Source of the DNA: the human T2T-CHM13v2.0 reference genome, Homo sapiens
Direction of reading: 5' to 3'
Length of the DNA: 64,000 bases
Assembly (NCBI GenBank): GCA_009914755.4
Contig: CP086569.2
Coordinates: forward strand, 16,160,001 to 16,224,000
In this document: positions 62,795 to 64,000 of the stretch, piece after piece
How positions within the stretch are numbered: position 1 is the first letter of the stretch
How the letters are laid out: every line of letters begins with the position of its first letter
Translations under genes and position numbers: made by a program
The notes under the pieces: model-generated
What the model saw: the letters and a program-made list of their open reading frames with translations, nothing else
Database searches by the model: none
What the model was told of the DNA's origin: nothing

Positions 62795-64000
62795 TTTTTA
62801 TTATTATACTTTAAGTTCTAGGGTACATGTGCACAATGGGCAGGTTTGGTACATAGGTATACTTGTACAATGTTGGTGTGCTGCAACCATTAACTCATCA
62901 TTTACATTAGGTATTTGTCCTAATGCTATCCTTCCCTCAGCCCCCTACCTCAACACAGGCTCCAGTGTGTGATGATCCCCACCCTGCGTCCAGGTGTTTT
63001 CTCTGTTCAATTCCCACCTGTGAGTGAGAACATGCAGTGTTTGGTTTTCTGTCCAAACACTTTGTTTGGACAGAAAAAAACACTTTGTTTTTTGTGATAG
63101 TTTGTTCAGAATGATGGTTTCCATCTGCATCCATGTCCCTGCAAAGAACATGAACTTATCTTTTTGATGGCTGCATACTATTCCATGGTGTATATGCGCC
63201 ACATTTTCTTAATCCAGTCTATCACTGATGGACATTTGAGTTGGTTTCAAGTCTTTGCTCTTGTGAATAGTTCCACAGTAAACATACGTGTGCATGTGTC
63301 TTTATAGTAGCATGATTTATAATCCTGTGGGTATATACCCAGTAATGGGATGTCTGGGTCAAATGGTGTTTCTAGTTCTAGATCCTTGAGGAATTGCCAC
63401 ACTTTCTTCCACAATGGTTGAACTAGTTTACACTCCCACCAACAGTGTAAAATCATTCCTATTTCTCCACATCCTCTCCAGCATCTGTTGTTCCCTGACT
63501 TTTTAATGAAAGTCATTCTAACTGATGTGACATGGTAACTCATTGTGGTTCTGATTTGCATCTCTCTGATGATCAGTAATGATGAGCATTTTTTCATGTG
63601 TCTGTTGGCTGCATAAAAGTCTTCTTTTGGTAAGTGTCTGTTCACATACTTTGCCCACTTTTTAATGGGGTTTTTGTCTTTTTCTAAGTTCTTTGTAAAT
63701 TCTGGATATTAGTCCTTTGTCAGATAGGTAGACTGCAAAAATTTTCTCCCATTCTGTAAGTTGCCTGTTCACTCTGATGGTCGATTCTTCTGCTGTGCAG
63801 ATGCTCTTTAATTTAATTAGATCCCATTTGTCAATTTGGCTCCTGTTGCCATTGCTTTTGGTGTTTTAGTCATGAAGTACTTGTCCATGCCTAATTCCTG
63901 AATGGTATTGTCTAGGTTTTCTTCTAAGGCTGTTATGGTTTTAGGTCTAACATTTAAGTCTTTAATCCATCTTGAATTAATTTTTGTGTAAGGTGTACGG
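62795..64000 (-). mobile_element. L1 of L1PA type: 3' UTR and ORF2 C-terminal part, minus orientation, running past the end of the window
   Basis: The RC of the L1 3' end reads 'tttttttttattattatactttaagttctagggtacatgtgcacaatgggcaggtttggtacataggtatacttgtacaatgttggtgtgctgcaaccattaactcatcatttacattaggtat...gtgagtgagaacatgcagtgtttggttttc...'. The minus-strand ORF at 63247-63645 is '[128 protein letters not shown]', the L1 ORF2 C-terminus. Confidence 0.9.

Overview
This window reads as primate (human-type) nuclear genomic DNA. It is not a prokaryotic or viral locus. It is AT-rich and CpG-depleted, and interspersed repeats fill most of it: about 25 Alu copies, MaLR (THE1/MST) LTRs, L1 3' ends, a MADE1 MITE, MIR fragments and many microsatellites and minisatellites. 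The main structure in the first 17 kb is an old gammaretrovirus-like endogenous provirus of HERV-E type (tRNA-Glu primer-binding site). It runs LTR, gag, pro, pol, env, LTR from about 1.24 to 17.07 kb. Its integrase coding region is split by a second, younger provirus: a HERV9/ERV9 element flanked by LTR12-type LTRs with CCAAT-box tandem subrepeats and a tRNA-Arg primer-binding site, at about 6.52 to 14.9 kb. That inner element has lost integrase and most of env, and a 330-bp purine-rich simple repeat sits at the deletion. The rest of the window (17 to 64 kb) is repeat-rich intergenic or intronic DNA. I could not identify a convincing host protein-coding exon. Every long ORF in the six-frame track is retroelement-derived (gag/pol/env, L1 ORF2) or an artefact of Alu sequence, GC-rich LTR or low-complexity repeats. 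I found no evidence for a novel biological system. The observations worth following up are structural. They are the provirus-in-provirus nesting with a candidate target-site duplication, a retained 171-aa env-TM ORF, unequal CpG decay between the two HERV-E LTRs, a triple nesting of Alu inside MADE1 inside a MaLR LTR, an L1 with a 5' inversion, a 570-bp long-inverted-repeat element, two large polypurine tracts, and one unexplained CpG-retaining segment near 39.2 to 39.8 kb. All coordinates are approximate to a few bp to tens of bp because they come from reading the sequence, not from alignment.
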